NCBI GenBank assembly: GCA_024238995.1
Contig: JANBVL010000001.1
Span: 74,059 to 138,058 of the forward strand
DNA from: Patescibacteria group bacterium
GTDB lineage: Bacteria; Patescibacteriota; Minisyncoccia; Minisyncoccales; JANBVM01
DNA length: 64,000 nucleotides
Direction: 5' to 3'
Shown here: positions 8,969 to 18,277 of the stretch, in pieces
Layout: each line of letters starts with the position of its first letter
Position numbering within the stretch: position 1 is the first letter of the stretch
Position numbers and translations under genes: made by a program
Notes under the pieces: generated by a model
The model's input: only the letters and a program-made list of their open reading frames with translations
The model's database searches: none
Told to the model about the DNA's origin: nothing

Positions 8969-9871
8969 TTATTTTATTTTTTCTTGACGAACAATTTTAA
9001 ATCCTTTTTCTTGTACTTTTTTGATAAAATCATTCTTATATTCTTCTGATTTCTCGTTAACCGCTTGATTTAAAAGCAATGATCTCAATTCTGTTCCTGT
9101 ATTAGAAAATACAAGCAAGCCGAAGTCAAATTTTTTTGTCTTTTGTGGACCATCGTAAGTTATTAAAAATAAATCACCAGCAATATTTAAAGATAGAGGC
9201 TTTGAAACTAACAGATCTATGTCATATAAAAGACTAGATGATTGATTAAATATTCCTACATTTGACAAATCAAGGTAATTCATAAAATCAAGATTATACT
9301 TTTTTAATGATTCTTCAGCTGTGAAGCCTAACCTTATAACCCCTATCTTAGTAGAAATAGCAATAAATTTTAAAAAATCTTGTAAATTTTTTTGAGAAAG
9401 ATATTTAACTATCTCTAAAGTTTGATAAGAAAAGCTTCCTGGTTTTTGAATTTCGCCTGATAGGATTTTAGCTAAAACGTCTTGTAGTCTTTCTCTACTT
9501 ACATTTTGTGCCACATCTAGAAATCTCATAGTCCAATCTTTTTCAACCGGCGCTTCAGAGACGGCTTTTCCTTCTAAATCGTTTCGTGTTTTAACTATAA
9601 TATTTTCGAGATTAATTTGTTTATTATATTGTTCTAGTGCAAACCTTTTCTCTGCGCGCCCAAGTATCTTAATTGCTTTTTCTTGTCCCTCTGCTTGGGC
9701 AATAATTTTTTGTTTCTCTACTTCGGCTTCTGCTTGTCCAATCCTTTTTATTTTTTCAGTATCAAATTCAAATATACGATTACCAACAACGCCTATTCCT
9801 TCAGAGATAGTCTCAATTAATTTCTTTAATGGTTTTTCTAAACCAATAATATCTTTTATCGACGTATTCAT
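8969..9871 (-). CDS. DUF2806-like protein
   Basis: EKDWTMRFLDVAQNVSRERLQDVLAKILSGEIQKPGSFSYQTLEIVKYLSQKNLQDF matches from memory the DUF2806 signature (KDW..RF...A..VS.E..Q.LWAKILAGE...PGSFS.RTL). Confidence 0.6.
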   Translation of the reverse strand: MNTSIKDIIGLEKPLKKLIETISEGIGVVGNRIFEFDTEKIKRIGQAEAEVEKQKIIAQAEGQEKAIKILGRAEKRFALEQYNKQINLENIIVKTRNDLEGKAVSEAPVEKDWTMRFLDVAQNVSRERLQDVLAKILSGEIQKPGSFSYQTLEIVKYLSQKNLQDFLKFIAISTKIGVIRLGFTAEESLKKYNLDFMNYLDLSNVGIFNQSSSLLYDIDLLVSKPLSLNIAGDLFLITYDGPQKTKKFDFGLLVFSNTGTELRSLLLNQAVNEKSEEYKNDFIKKVQEKGFKIVRQEKIK

Positions 9872-9992
9872 ATTTTTTTATATTTTAGCACTTTCAAACC
9901 ATCTTTAAAAATACAGAAATTCAATGTAATAAGCGTATGTCGATTATCGAAAAAATATAAGATTTTGGTGTAATTTTGGCGTAACTCTAATT

Positions 9993-10120
9993 AAGGTCGC
10001 ACAACATAGAAAGTCCTCATTCGTTAATGTTGGTATATTCATTTTTTTTAAGGGCTTTGATCCCTCGTCCATAGATTATGCGACACAAAACAGGGCTTTG
10101 AATCCTCGCTCATAGATTGG
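9993..10120. repeat. intergenic repeat family, copy B (long form, two tandem modules)
   Basis: aaggtcgcacaacatag + aaagtcctcattcgttaatgttggtatattca + T8 + agggctttgatccctcgtccatagatt + atgcgacacaaaac + agggctttgaatcctcgctcatagatt + ggtcgcc. Confidence 0.85.
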
Positions 10121-10201
10121 TCGCCAAAAATATACCTTACGCGACATTTATTTCCTCAACTTCGGGCTAAATTTTATTATTATGATTTTTGTTCCGCGAG
10201 T

Positions 10202-10759
10202 TTACCATTTTTCCCAATGTATATTGTTTTCCTTGAATTTGTCTTTTGGCGATTGGTTTTTTTTAACCGGTACGCCAATCGGAATAACATTTAAAGGAAT
10301 AACATATTCAGGGACTCCTAGAATATTCTGAACATTTTTAACTAATGCCTCGGCGGGAAAAACCGCGGTCCAAACCGCGCCATAACCCAAAGCATGAGCG
10401 GCTAATAAAATATTTTCTGAGGCGGCTGAGCAGTCCTGAACCCAAAAATCTTTAAGTAATGACTTAATTGTCACTTTGAGCACAAAATTTAAAAGCTTTG
10501 ATTTGTCGGGTAGACCGCAAACCACAATGGCCGCGTCGGCTTTTGAAAGCATTTTGGCGTAAGGCAGTTTTTTACAAAGCGCGTCTAAAGTTTCCCGTTT
10601 GGTCACAACGACAAATGACCAGGGCTGTCGATTAGCGGCCGATGGCGCCGACATCGCTGCTTTTAACATCGTCAACAAATCCTCTTTTTTAATCTCATCC
10701 CCCGTGAATTCCCGGACGCTATGGCGAGTAAGAATGTTTTTTAAAGCTTCGTTTTCCAT
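10202..10759 (-). CDS. nitroreductase-family oxidoreductase
   Basis: TRHSVREF...APSAANRQPWSFVVV...AAHALGYGAVW are typical FMN nitroreductase-fold motifs. Confidence 0.85.
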   Translation of the reverse strand: MENEALKNILTRHSVREFTGDEIKKEDLLTMLKAAMSAPSAANRQPWSFVVVTKRETLDALCKKLPYAKMLSKADAAIVVCGLPDKSKLLNFVLKVTIKSLLKDFWVQDCSAASENILLAAHALGYGAVWTAVFPAEALVKNVQNILGVPEYVIPLNVIPIGVPVKKNQSPKDKFKENNIHWEKW

Positions 10760-10775
10760 AAAATATTAAACGTGA

Positions 10776-10931
10776 TTATTTATTTTTCCAGTTATTATAT
10801 TCTTCCCAAGTTATAGCATACTTTTCTCTGCATTTTTCAGAACATTTTTCTTCGTCTTCTGAAAAGATGCTAAACCTATTTTCAAATGATGCTCCAGAGC
10901 AAGTACCAAGACAAGCATCAAATCTAATCAT
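10776..10931 (-). CDS. possible small Cys-containing protein (51 aa)
   Basis: Below the track cutoff. My translation is MIRFDACLGTCSGASFENRFSIFSEDEEKCSEKCREKYAITWEEYNNWKNK. Its ATG overlaps the stop of the upstream mini-ORF (ATGA). Confidence 0.3.
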   Translation of the reverse strand: MIRFDACLGTCSGASFENRFSIFSEDEEKCSEKCREKYAITWEEYNNWKNK

Positions 10932-11026
10932 ATTTCTATTATAAACGTTTTGATTTTGTAAATAAAAACTACAACATCTAAAGCTGCTGTAGTAGAAAAG
11001 AAGATAACTAACGCTTTCTTGTTCAT
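10928..11026 (-). CDS. possible 32-aa hydrophobic peptide
   Basis: My translation is MNKKALVIFFSTTAALDVVVFIYKIKTFIIEI. A TTGACA-17-TAAAAA promoter-like sequence lies on the minus strand at 11035-11063. Confidence 0.2.
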   Translation of the reverse strand: MNKKALVIFFSTTAALDVVVFIYKIKTFIIEI

Positions 11027-11071
11027 ATTATTACTTTTTATGTTTTAAAAAGTGACTTGTCAATAATGAAA

Positions 11072-11160
11072 AACGTCGCACAACATAGAAAGTCCTCATT
11101 CGTTAATGTTGGTACATTCAATTTTTTTTAAGGGTCTCAACTCCTCATCCATAGATTGTA
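11072..11160. repeat. intergenic repeat family, copy C (one long module)
   Basis: aacgtcgcacaacatagaaagtcctcattcgttaatgttggtacattcaattttttttaagggtctcaactcctcatccatagattgta is near-identical to the first 70 bp of copy B. Confidence 0.85.
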
Positions 11161-11170
11161 CGGACTTATT

Positions 11171-11197
11171 AAAAAACCACTGACCTCTAGCCAGTGG
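11171..11197 (-). terminator. Rho-independent terminator candidate
   Basis: Minus strand reads ccactggctagaggtcagtgg followed by tttttt. The stem is 6 bp (ccactg/cagtgg), directly 3' of the 11202-11624 gene. Confidence 0.55.
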
Positions 11198-11201
11198 CTT
11201 T

Positions 11202-11624
11202 TCACCTCCACAACAGCTTAATTTTATGAATAACATCCCTAATAAACTGCCAGAGCCTGTCAAGAAATCCTGGTAATTCTTTTTTTACTTCTTCTTTCTC
11301 TTGTTCAAACTCTTGTTCAATAATTTCTTGTCTAATTTCTATCTCCTGCTCTATCCTAGGACCAAAAAAGTTTTTAACTTTTAACCAGACGTTTGTGTAA
11401 GCCCAGTCATACATTTTCTGCCACATTGGCAGAACTTTTCCATACCAAAGCTCTTTAACGACACCAGGTAAATCTCTTTTGCCAATTTCCAAAACCTCCT
11501 CCCCCATTTGCTGAGCTTGTTCAAAAGTTTCTGGCACTTCAATAATAATATCATCCTGGGCAAAAGAAAAGCCTGATAAAACTAGATTAAAAAGTATAAA
11601 AAGTGTTAAAAATCGTTTTTTCAT
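11202..11624 (-). CDS. secreted hypothetical protein (140 aa)
   Basis: Signal peptide MKKRFLTLFILFNLVLSGFSFA. The rest is Glu/Gln-rich and helical. There is a 4-nt overlap with gltX. Confidence 0.6.
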   Translation of the reverse strand: MKKRFLTLFILFNLVLSGFSFAQDDIIIEVPETFEQAQQMGEEVLEIGKRDLPGVVKELWYGKVLPMWQKMYDWAYTNVWLKVKNFFGPRIEQEIEIRQEIIEQEFEQEKEEVKKELPGFLDRLWQFIRDVIHKIKLLWR

Positions 11625-13210
11625 TGTAATAATTCTTTGGCTTGATTAATCCTTTTTAAAGTCTGCTCTTTCCCTAAAATCTCAGCAATTTCAAAAGGTG
11701 GAGCTGAAGACTTCTGGCCTGTTAGAGCAACTCTTAAAGGCCAAAGCAAATATCCCCTATCTTCAATGCTTTTTATCTTTTTACCAAATTTTTCTGATTC
11801 TTGTAAGAGAATATCTGTTAATTTCTGCAAATCAAACTCTTCTTCTTTTAAATCAGACAATATTTTATTACTCCTATCCAACGCTCTTAATACTTCCTGC
11901 TCTGACATGTCTTTCCATTTCAATAAATCTTTATCGTAATCAAGATTTTTTTTGAAAAAGAAATCAACAAATTCTGGAAGATCAGAAAGTTTTTTTAATC
12001 TTTCCTGATAAATTGAAACGATCTTTGATAAAACATCAAAAGTAATCGGTTTTTTTGTCTGAGTGATTTTAAATTTGTTGATTATTTCTTTTCCTCCATA
12101 AGCAGGTGGAAATTGAATTTGCTTGAATTCTAGTTCAATCAAACTATTTTGAATTAAATGTGGAATGCAAAGTTCTGTTAATTTATTGATAGGTTTTTGC
12201 CTGATATAGACACCGTTTAAGAAATCTAATCTTTTCGTGTTAAACACTGCTCCTGATTTTTGAACTTTTTCCAAAGAAAATTCTTTAATCAAAGCATCCA
12301 AAGAAAATATTTCTTTATTAGTATCAGGATTCCAGCCTAAAAAAGCTAAAAAGTTATTCAAAGCTTCAGGCAAATAGCCAAGCTCTTTATACTCTATCAC
12401 TGAAGCTGCTCCATGTCTTTTTGAAAGCTTGCTTTTATCAGAACCTAAAATCAAAGGCAAATGAGCATATTTAACTTTTGGAAAACCTAAAGCTTTCTGA
12501 AGAAGGATTTGTCTTGGAGTATTAGAAATATGTTCCTCTCCCCTTATGACATGAGTTATTTTCATTTCAAAATCATCAATAACACAAGCAAAATTATATA
12601 AAGGCATAGCATCATCTCTGGCAATAACAGTATCCCCCATTAAAGCACTATCAATCTCTATTTTCCCTCTTATTAAATCATTAAACTCTATTTTCTTTGG
12701 AGCAATCATGAATCTGTAAACAAACTTCTTTTTTTGTTTTAAATTATCTTCAACTTCTTGTTCTGATAAACCAGCGCATTTTCCTGAATAACGAGGAGCT
12801 TGGCCTATTGATAATTGATATTCTTTTTGGATCTTCAATTCTTCCTCTGAACAAAAACAATGATAAGCTTTTTTTTCATCTAAAAGCTTCTCCAAATATT
12901 TCTCGTAAATCTCTTTTCTTTCTGACTGCCTGTATGGTCCATAATTTCCATCAATAGCAGGGCCTTCATCAGGCGAAATGCCAAGCCATTTTAAACTTTC
13001 AATAATATTATCTTCATAAACAGGCTTTGACCTTTCTTTATCAGTGTCTTCAATCCTTAAAACAAAAATCCCATTGTTTTGTTTGGCAAATAAGTAATTA
13101 AATAAAGCAGTCCTTGCTCCTCCAACATGGAAAAAACCAGTAGGAGAAGGAGCTATCCTTGCTCTTACTGCGCCTGCTTTAGTTAGCTTTAATTCTTCTT
13201 GAGAGTTCAT
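11621..13210 (-). CDS. gltX: glutamyl-tRNA synthetase
   Basis: RIAPSPTGFFHVGGARTALFNYLFA carries the HIGH-type motif and KLSKRHGA the KMSKS-type motif. The length of 529 aa fits. Confidence 0.95.
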   Translation of the reverse strand: MNSQEELKLTKAGAVRARIAPSPTGFFHVGGARTALFNYLFAKQNNGIFVLRIEDTDKERSKPVYEDNIIESLKWLGISPDEGPAIDGNYGPYRQSERKEIYEKYLEKLLDEKKAYHCFCSEEELKIQKEYQLSIGQAPRYSGKCAGLSEQEVEDNLKQKKKFVYRFMIAPKKIEFNDLIRGKIEIDSALMGDTVIARDDAMPLYNFACVIDDFEMKITHVIRGEEHISNTPRQILLQKALGFPKVKYAHLPLILGSDKSKLSKRHGAASVIEYKELGYLPEALNNFLAFLGWNPDTNKEIFSLDALIKEFSLEKVQKSGAVFNTKRLDFLNGVYIRQKPINKLTELCIPHLIQNSLIELEFKQIQFPPAYGGKEIINKFKITQTKKPITFDVLSKIVSIYQERLKKLSDLPEFVDFFFKKNLDYDKDLLKWKDMSEQEVLRALDRSNKILSDLKEEEFDLQKLTDILLQESEKFGKKIKSIEDRGYLLWPLRVALTGQKSSAPPFEIAEILGKEQTLKRINQAKELLQ

Positions 13211-13231
13211 TAATTTAAATATGAAACAAGG

Positions 13232-14386
13232 CTATGATTTAGTCAAATAACCCATCATATAGCCAGCAATTATTTTTGCTGCCATTGGTTTTGAAAACTC
13301 TTTGGCAGCAATTTTCATTTTTTCCAACTGCTCTGAATGAGAAAACAGATTTTTTAGTTTTTCAAGGAAAAATCGGGAAGTAAAGTTTTTTTCCTCTAAT
13401 ACTATAGTAGCTCCTTTTTTTGAATAAGCATAAGCATTTTCAACTTGATGATTTTGAGCTGATTCTGATAAAGGAATTAAAATTGAAGGCTTTAGCCAGG
13501 CAGCTATTTCAAAAATACTTCCTGAGCCTGCCCTAGATACTACTAAATCACTTGCGGCATAAGCTTTTTTAAGCTCCTGTTCTTTTAAAAAACCAAATGC
13601 ATGATAATACTTTAATAAATATTCAGGGATTACTACTTTTGCTTCTGCTTTTACTTGTTTTATGTTCTTATCACCACACTGATGTATTATTTCAAAATGC
13701 TCAACTAATTCTGCTAATACTTCTAGAATCTCGTCATTAATGCGCTGGGAACCTTGAGATCCTCCCATAATAAAAACAACTGGTTTTTTCCCTGTAATTT
13801 TGAAAAACTGCTTTGCTTCCTGTTCTGAAATATTTAAAATCTCCCTTCTTATTGGATTTCCAGTTAAAATCATTCTTTTGGTAAAGTATGGTGTTTTCGG
13901 AAAAGAAACAAAAATCTCTGTTGAAAACCTGCCTAATATTCTATTAGCCAAACCAGGAACAACATCTGATTCCTGTAAAAATATGGGGACACCTAACAGC
14001 CAGCCAGCAATTACTGCTGGAAGTGACCCAAAACCTCCTTTTGAAAAAATGACATCAGGAGCCAAAATGAATATATATATAAATGCCTGCAAAAGACCGA
14101 TTGGAATTTTAAAAACTAAATCAATAAAATTATTTAAAATACTTTTAGCATTAACGTATCTTCTAATTTTACCAGCTGAAACATGCCTGACTTTAATATT
14201 TTCTTGGGAAAGAAGAATATCAGCAAAATTATCTTTTGGTCCAAGATAAGAAAAATCAATTTCTTTATTCTTTTTTTGCTCAGAAGGAAGCTTTCTGATT
14301 TCTCTCACTATGGCAATAATTGGGAAAATATGTCCCCCACTGCCCCCTCCAGTAAACAGAATTTTAATTTTTTTACCTTTTTTCAT
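13232..14386 (-). CDS. murG: UDP-GlcNAc:lipid I GlcNAc transferase
   Basis: FTGGGSGGHIFPIIAI N-terminal motif, GGSQGS motif, and a position after ftsW in the dcw block. Confidence 0.92.
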   Translation of the reverse strand: MKKGKKIKILFTGGGSGGHIFPIIAIVREIRKLPSEQKKNKEIDFSYLGPKDNFADILLSQENIKVRHVSAGKIRRYVNAKSILNNFIDLVFKIPIGLLQAFIYIFILAPDVIFSKGGFGSLPAVIAGWLLGVPIFLQESDVVPGLANRILGRFSTEIFVSFPKTPYFTKRMILTGNPIRREILNISEQEAKQFFKITGKKPVVFIMGGSQGSQRINDEILEVLAELVEHFEIIHQCGDKNIKQVKAEAKVVIPEYLLKYYHAFGFLKEQELKKAYAASDLVVSRAGSGSIFEIAAWLKPSILIPLSESAQNHQVENAYAYSKKGATIVLEEKNFTSRFFLEKLKNLFSHSEQLEKMKIAAKEFSKPMAAKIIAGYMMGYLTKS

Positions 14387-15505
14387 TTAAACTTTAGATG
14401 TTTTTGAAATATTTAATAAAATACCCACTGCAATAAGTTCTATAATTAAAGCTGTACCTCCATGACTGACAAATGGCAGCGGTATGCCTGTTAAAGGAAT
14501 AACGCCAACCATAGCGCCGATATTAACTAAAGCCTGAATCAAAATCCACGAAGTAATGCCTAGGGCTGTTAAATTAGTGAATTTATTCTTGCTTTGTTTT
14601 CCAATTTTAAATCCTCGCCACAAAAAGAGTAAAAACAGGAAAATCAAAACAACTGAACCAATAAACCCTGTTTCTTCTGCTAAAACAGCGAAAATTGAAT
14701 CTGATATCGGATGAGGCAAAAGGCCAAGTTTTTGCTGGGACATTCCAAATCCTAATCCCCAGATCCCACCTGAGCCTATTGCAATTAAAGATTGCTTGAT
14801 CTGATAACCTGCTCCCATGGGGTCAGTGCCAGGATTAAGAAATATCAATATTCTTTCTAAACGATAAGGTGAAAAATGAATAAGAAGTGAAATTCCCACT
14901 ATCGCAATTAGCCCTAATATTATTGTATGCAAAACAGGATTATTTGCAAAAAAATACATAAGAAACCCAGTAGCTAAAATTACAACCAAAGTCCCTATAT
15001 CAGACTGAAACCACAAGAGCAGGCCAATTAACCCGAGAACTATAATAAAAGCAGCTAAATTCTCCTTTAAGTCTTTTTGGGTCTTTGGTAATTTAAATTC
15101 CTTTTTCTTTCTGCTTTCCATCCAGCTGGCAATATACAGAATAAAAGTAAGTTTTAATATTTCAGAAGGCTGGAAAGAAACTGGACCCAATGAAATCCAT
15201 CTTGCTGCTCTCCCAACTTTAATTCCAATATGGGGCAAAAAAACAAAAGTCATAAGCATTAAATTAAATAAAAGGAAAGCTGGCGCCCATTTTTTCAAGA
15301 GTCCAAGGTCAATTTTTGAAAATATAAAAGCTAAAATAATCCCTGGGATTAAAGCATAAATCATTTGGTGATTAAAATAATAATAAGTGCTTCCAAACTT
15401 TATTTGAGAAACAGATGTAGAAGCACTGGCAAATATAATAATTCCAAAAACAATTAAAAAACCTGTAATAATTATTAGAGCGTGATCAAATTTTCTACCT
15501 GCCAT
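14387..15505 (-). CDS. ftsW: SEDS-family peptidoglycan polymerase FtsW/RodA
   Basis: Polytopic membrane protein with PEtHTDFIFA-like ISDSIFAVLAEETGFIG and PLPFVSHGGT motifs. It lies between murD and murG. Confidence 0.88.
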   Translation of the reverse strand: MAGRKFDHALIIITGFLIVFGIIIFASASTSVSQIKFGSTYYYFNHQMIYALIPGIILAFIFSKIDLGLLKKWAPAFLLFNLMLMTFVFLPHIGIKVGRAARWISLGPVSFQPSEILKLTFILYIASWMESRKKKEFKLPKTQKDLKENLAAFIIVLGLIGLLLWFQSDIGTLVVILATGFLMYFFANNPVLHTIILGLIAIVGISLLIHFSPYRLERILIFLNPGTDPMGAGYQIKQSLIAIGSGGIWGLGFGMSQQKLGLLPHPISDSIFAVLAEETGFIGSVVLIFLFLLFLWRGFKIGKQSKNKFTNLTALGITSWILIQALVNIGAMVGVIPLTGIPLPFVSHGGTALIIELIAVGILLNISKTSKV

Positions 15506-16808
15506 ATAGTTTTACGTATTTTTTAAACAAATTACCTTTCTCTTTATAATCCTTAAAAAGACTGAAGCTGGGCGAAGCTGTTGATAGAAGACAGATTTTT
15601 CCTTTTTTTGTATGTTCATACGCAAGTTTTACCCCGTCTTTCATGTTTAAAACCATAATTGCCTTGAATTTACTATTTTTATCTAGTTCAACAATCTGTT
15701 TATAAATCTTTCCTCCTGTGTCTGGAAACAAAATCAAGACTTTGATTCTGCTTTTTAAAATTCTTTTTGCCAAACCTTTAAAATCAATTCCCCTGTCCAG
15801 CCCTCCTAAAAATATTGTTTCAACATTATTTCCTAACGCATCTAAGGCAGCTATTGTTGCTTCTGGAACGGTTGACAGGGCATCATTGTAAAACTTAATT
15901 CCCTTATATGTTCCAATGCACTCTAACCTATGTGCTAATGGCTTAAATGTTTTAATAGCTTTTAATATGTCTTTATCCTTTATTTTAAATAACCTTGTTG
16001 CAGCAATTGCTGCTTTAATGTTTTCAACATTAAATTCGCCCTTTAATAGAGTTTCAATTCTTTTAATTTTAACTGAACTAATTGGAATCTTTTGAGCTTT
16101 TGATTTTTTAGCAACTTGATTTATAAGTTTATTCTTTGAATTAAAAACCAAATAATCATTTTTCCCCTGATGCTTTGTAATGTTACTTTTGGCTGACAAG
16201 TATTGCTTAAAATTCTCATAATAATCAAGATGTTCTGAATAAATATTTAAAAAAACAGCAATATCAGGGCTTTTTTTAAGGCTCACAAGCTGATGGCTTG
16301 ATAACTCACAAACATAAACATTTTCTTTTTTATCAGACGATAAAAGAGATAACATTGGTTTTCCAATATTGCCAACTAAATATGCTTTCAATTTATTTTT
16401 CTTTAAAATCTCATAAATTAACGAGGCTGTTGTGCTTTTTCCTTTTGTTGCCGTAATACCAATAATTTTTCCTTTACAGTTATTAAAAAAAATCTCTGTT
16501 TGAGAAGTTATTTTCTGTCCTTTTTCTAAAAATGGTTTTAAAACTTTGGGCGGAATTCCAGGGGTTTTAATTATAGAATCATAGTATTTTAAAAACCCAA
16601 GGTAAGATTCACCTAAATGAAGCCTTAATTTCTTGTCCTTTTTTATTGTTGTCTGGGCCTCAGAGTTAAGCTGATTAAACCTAAGCTTATCTCCTATCGC
16701 AATGACTTTTTGAGGAAAACTTTTCCTTAGAAATTTTAAAGTATCCATTCCTTCAATTCCTAATCCCAAAATCAGTATTTTTTTGTTTTTTAATTTATTT
16801 AATTTCAT
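15495..16808 (-). CDS. murD: UDP-N-acetylmuramoyl-L-alanine--glutamate ligase (MurD family)
   Basis: N-terminal Rossmann-like ILILGLGIEG and Mur ligase P-loop GITATKGKSTTAS, in dcw context. Confidence 0.88.
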   Translation of the reverse strand: MKLNKLKNKKILILGLGIEGMDTLKFLRKSFPQKVIAIGDKLRFNQLNSEAQTTIKKDKKLRLHLGESYLGFLKYYDSIIKTPGIPPKVLKPFLEKGQKITSQTEIFFNNCKGKIIGITATKGKSTTASLIYEILKKNKLKAYLVGNIGKPMLSLLSSDKKENVYVCELSSHQLVSLKKSPDIAVFLNIYSEHLDYYENFKQYLSAKSNITKHQGKNDYLVFNSKNKLINQVAKKSKAQKIPISSVKIKRIETLLKGEFNVENIKAAIAATRLFKIKDKDILKAIKTFKPLAHRLECIGTYKGIKFYNDALSTVPEATIAALDALGNNVETIFLGGLDRGIDFKGLAKRILKSRIKVLILFPDTGGKIYKQIVELDKNSKFKAIMVLNMKDGVKLAYEHTKKGKICLLSTASPSFSLFKDYKEKGNLFKKYVKLYGR

Positions 16809-16875
16809 CCTAATATATTAAAAATAGCACAAAATGTGCTTAAAATAAACTACTATAAAAAGAAAGGGTCGGAGA

Positions 16876-18273
16876 TTATCTAAATAAAAAATCATCAAAC
16901 ACCTTAAGAAATTTGTTTTGCAGATTATGATTTTTATTCCAAGCTTCTAACATGTGTTTGGCTTCTTTCCCTAAGTCTGAATGTTCGGATAAGACTTCAT
17001 CTTCAAAATGCTTTAAAAGATAAGGTAGCTTTTTATTATTTTTATTTACCTTCTTTAAACTTAAGTAAAGAGCAATCAAACTTTCTTTAGTAGTTCCAAC
17101 GCATTCAAAAGGTTTAAACTTTCTCTCCCCTATTAACTCTTTCATTAAACCAAGTAGTTCTTTTTTTTCAAAAAGATTTTTTCCAAAAGCTTGAATAAGC
17201 TTCTTAGTTTCAATAAATGGATATAGAATTAAAAAAACAAATAAGCATTTTGAGCACTTCCCACACCACTTTTTAATCGGTTCTCTTTTCCCTGAGTATG
17301 TTTTATGGGCTTCATTGCAACTTAAAAAAACATTGCCATATTTATTAAAATATTTAGAAAATAATTTTCCAATTTGAATTTCATAAAAAGGTCTTAAAAA
17401 ACTAAAATATTCAATATCTTTAGCCAAATATTTTTTAGAGTATTTTCTGAATTTTTCTTCAAAATTAAATGTTTTTGAGTATTGATGATTAATTATTTTT
17501 CCAAGATGCTCAACATTCCCTTCATTAGAACTTCTCTCATTAGAAAAAGCAATGTATTTATAATCATAAATCACGCCAATAAGTGCTGTTAAAAAAGCAA
17601 GATAAGCTGAAAAAGGAGTGTGGCCATTTAAATATTTTTTTCTATTTAATTCTAAAAGCTTTGAATCAATTCTTCTTTTAACAATAATTGTTTTTTTACA
17701 CCCACCAATTTCAAAGATCTTTTTAACATTGTTATTTGGATTTAGAGAAAAACAAGTTAAAAGATGTTTTGACTTTTTTAATATTTCTAAACTAACTATT
17801 GAATCTTTACCTCCCCCGATTGGAAGCAAAATATTATTACTTAATTTTTTGTTAAAAACATTAAAATCTTTTTTATTGCTTGATATTATTTTTAAAGAAT
17901 CAGCGATCTGCCAATTCATCTTATTTTCATAAAAAAACTGACCCATTCCATTTTTAATTAAGTTTTTCAACCATTTAATTTGAAAACTATCTAACTCACC
18001 ACACTTGATTTCAATAACCTTTGAACATGTTGCTTTCCAATAACTAATAAGCTCAACTAACCCCAAATTAAATATTAAGTTATTTAATATACCCTCCCCT
18101 ATTTTCTCAATTCTTGACTGGTCAATATTTTCAATAATTATTTTCGGCTTAAAAAAAATATCTGGTTCAATCTTAAAATTAAAGAATATCTCCAAATTCT
18201 TTTTGGAGATTTTATATGAATAATCAATATAAATAAACTTAGGATATTTTTTTCTTAAAACCTCTGGCTTCAT
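16876..18273 (-). CDS. PP-loop ATPase-like protein inside the dcw block; candidate MurL-type UDP-MurNAc-L-Ala-L-Glu epimerase
   Basis: PIGGGKDSIVSLEIL resembles the SGGxDS PP-loop. A C-terminal CGKCSKC motif is present. The gene sits between mraY and murD. The MurL assignment rests on context and the reported ATP dependence of MurL, not on an alignment. Confidence 0.45.
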   Translation of the reverse strand: MKPEVLRKKYPKFIYIDYSYKISKKNLEIFFNFKIEPDIFFKPKIIIENIDQSRIEKIGEGILNNLIFNLGLVELISYWKATCSKVIEIKCGELDSFQIKWLKNLIKNGMGQFFYENKMNWQIADSLKIISSNKKDFNVFNKKLSNNILLPIGGGKDSIVSLEILKKSKHLLTCFSLNPNNNVKKIFEIGGCKKTIIVKRRIDSKLLELNRKKYLNGHTPFSAYLAFLTALIGVIYDYKYIAFSNERSSNEGNVEHLGKIINHQYSKTFNFEEKFRKYSKKYLAKDIEYFSFLRPFYEIQIGKLFSKYFNKYGNVFLSCNEAHKTYSGKREPIKKWCGKCSKCLFVFLILYPFIETKKLIQAFGKNLFEKKELLGLMKELIGERKFKPFECVGTTKESLIALYLSLKKVNKNNKKLPYLLKHFEDEVLSEHSDLGKEAKHMLEAWNKNHNLQNKFLKVFDDFLFR

Positions 18274-18277
18274 ATGT

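Noticed and set aside
10051-10120. Two roughly 27-bp direct repeats (agggctttga..cctcg..catagatt) that could look like a minimal CRISPR array
   Set aside because: There are only two adjacent units, separated by a 14-nt spacer. The other copies are kilobases away and embedded in larger repeat modules. No cas genes are in the window.
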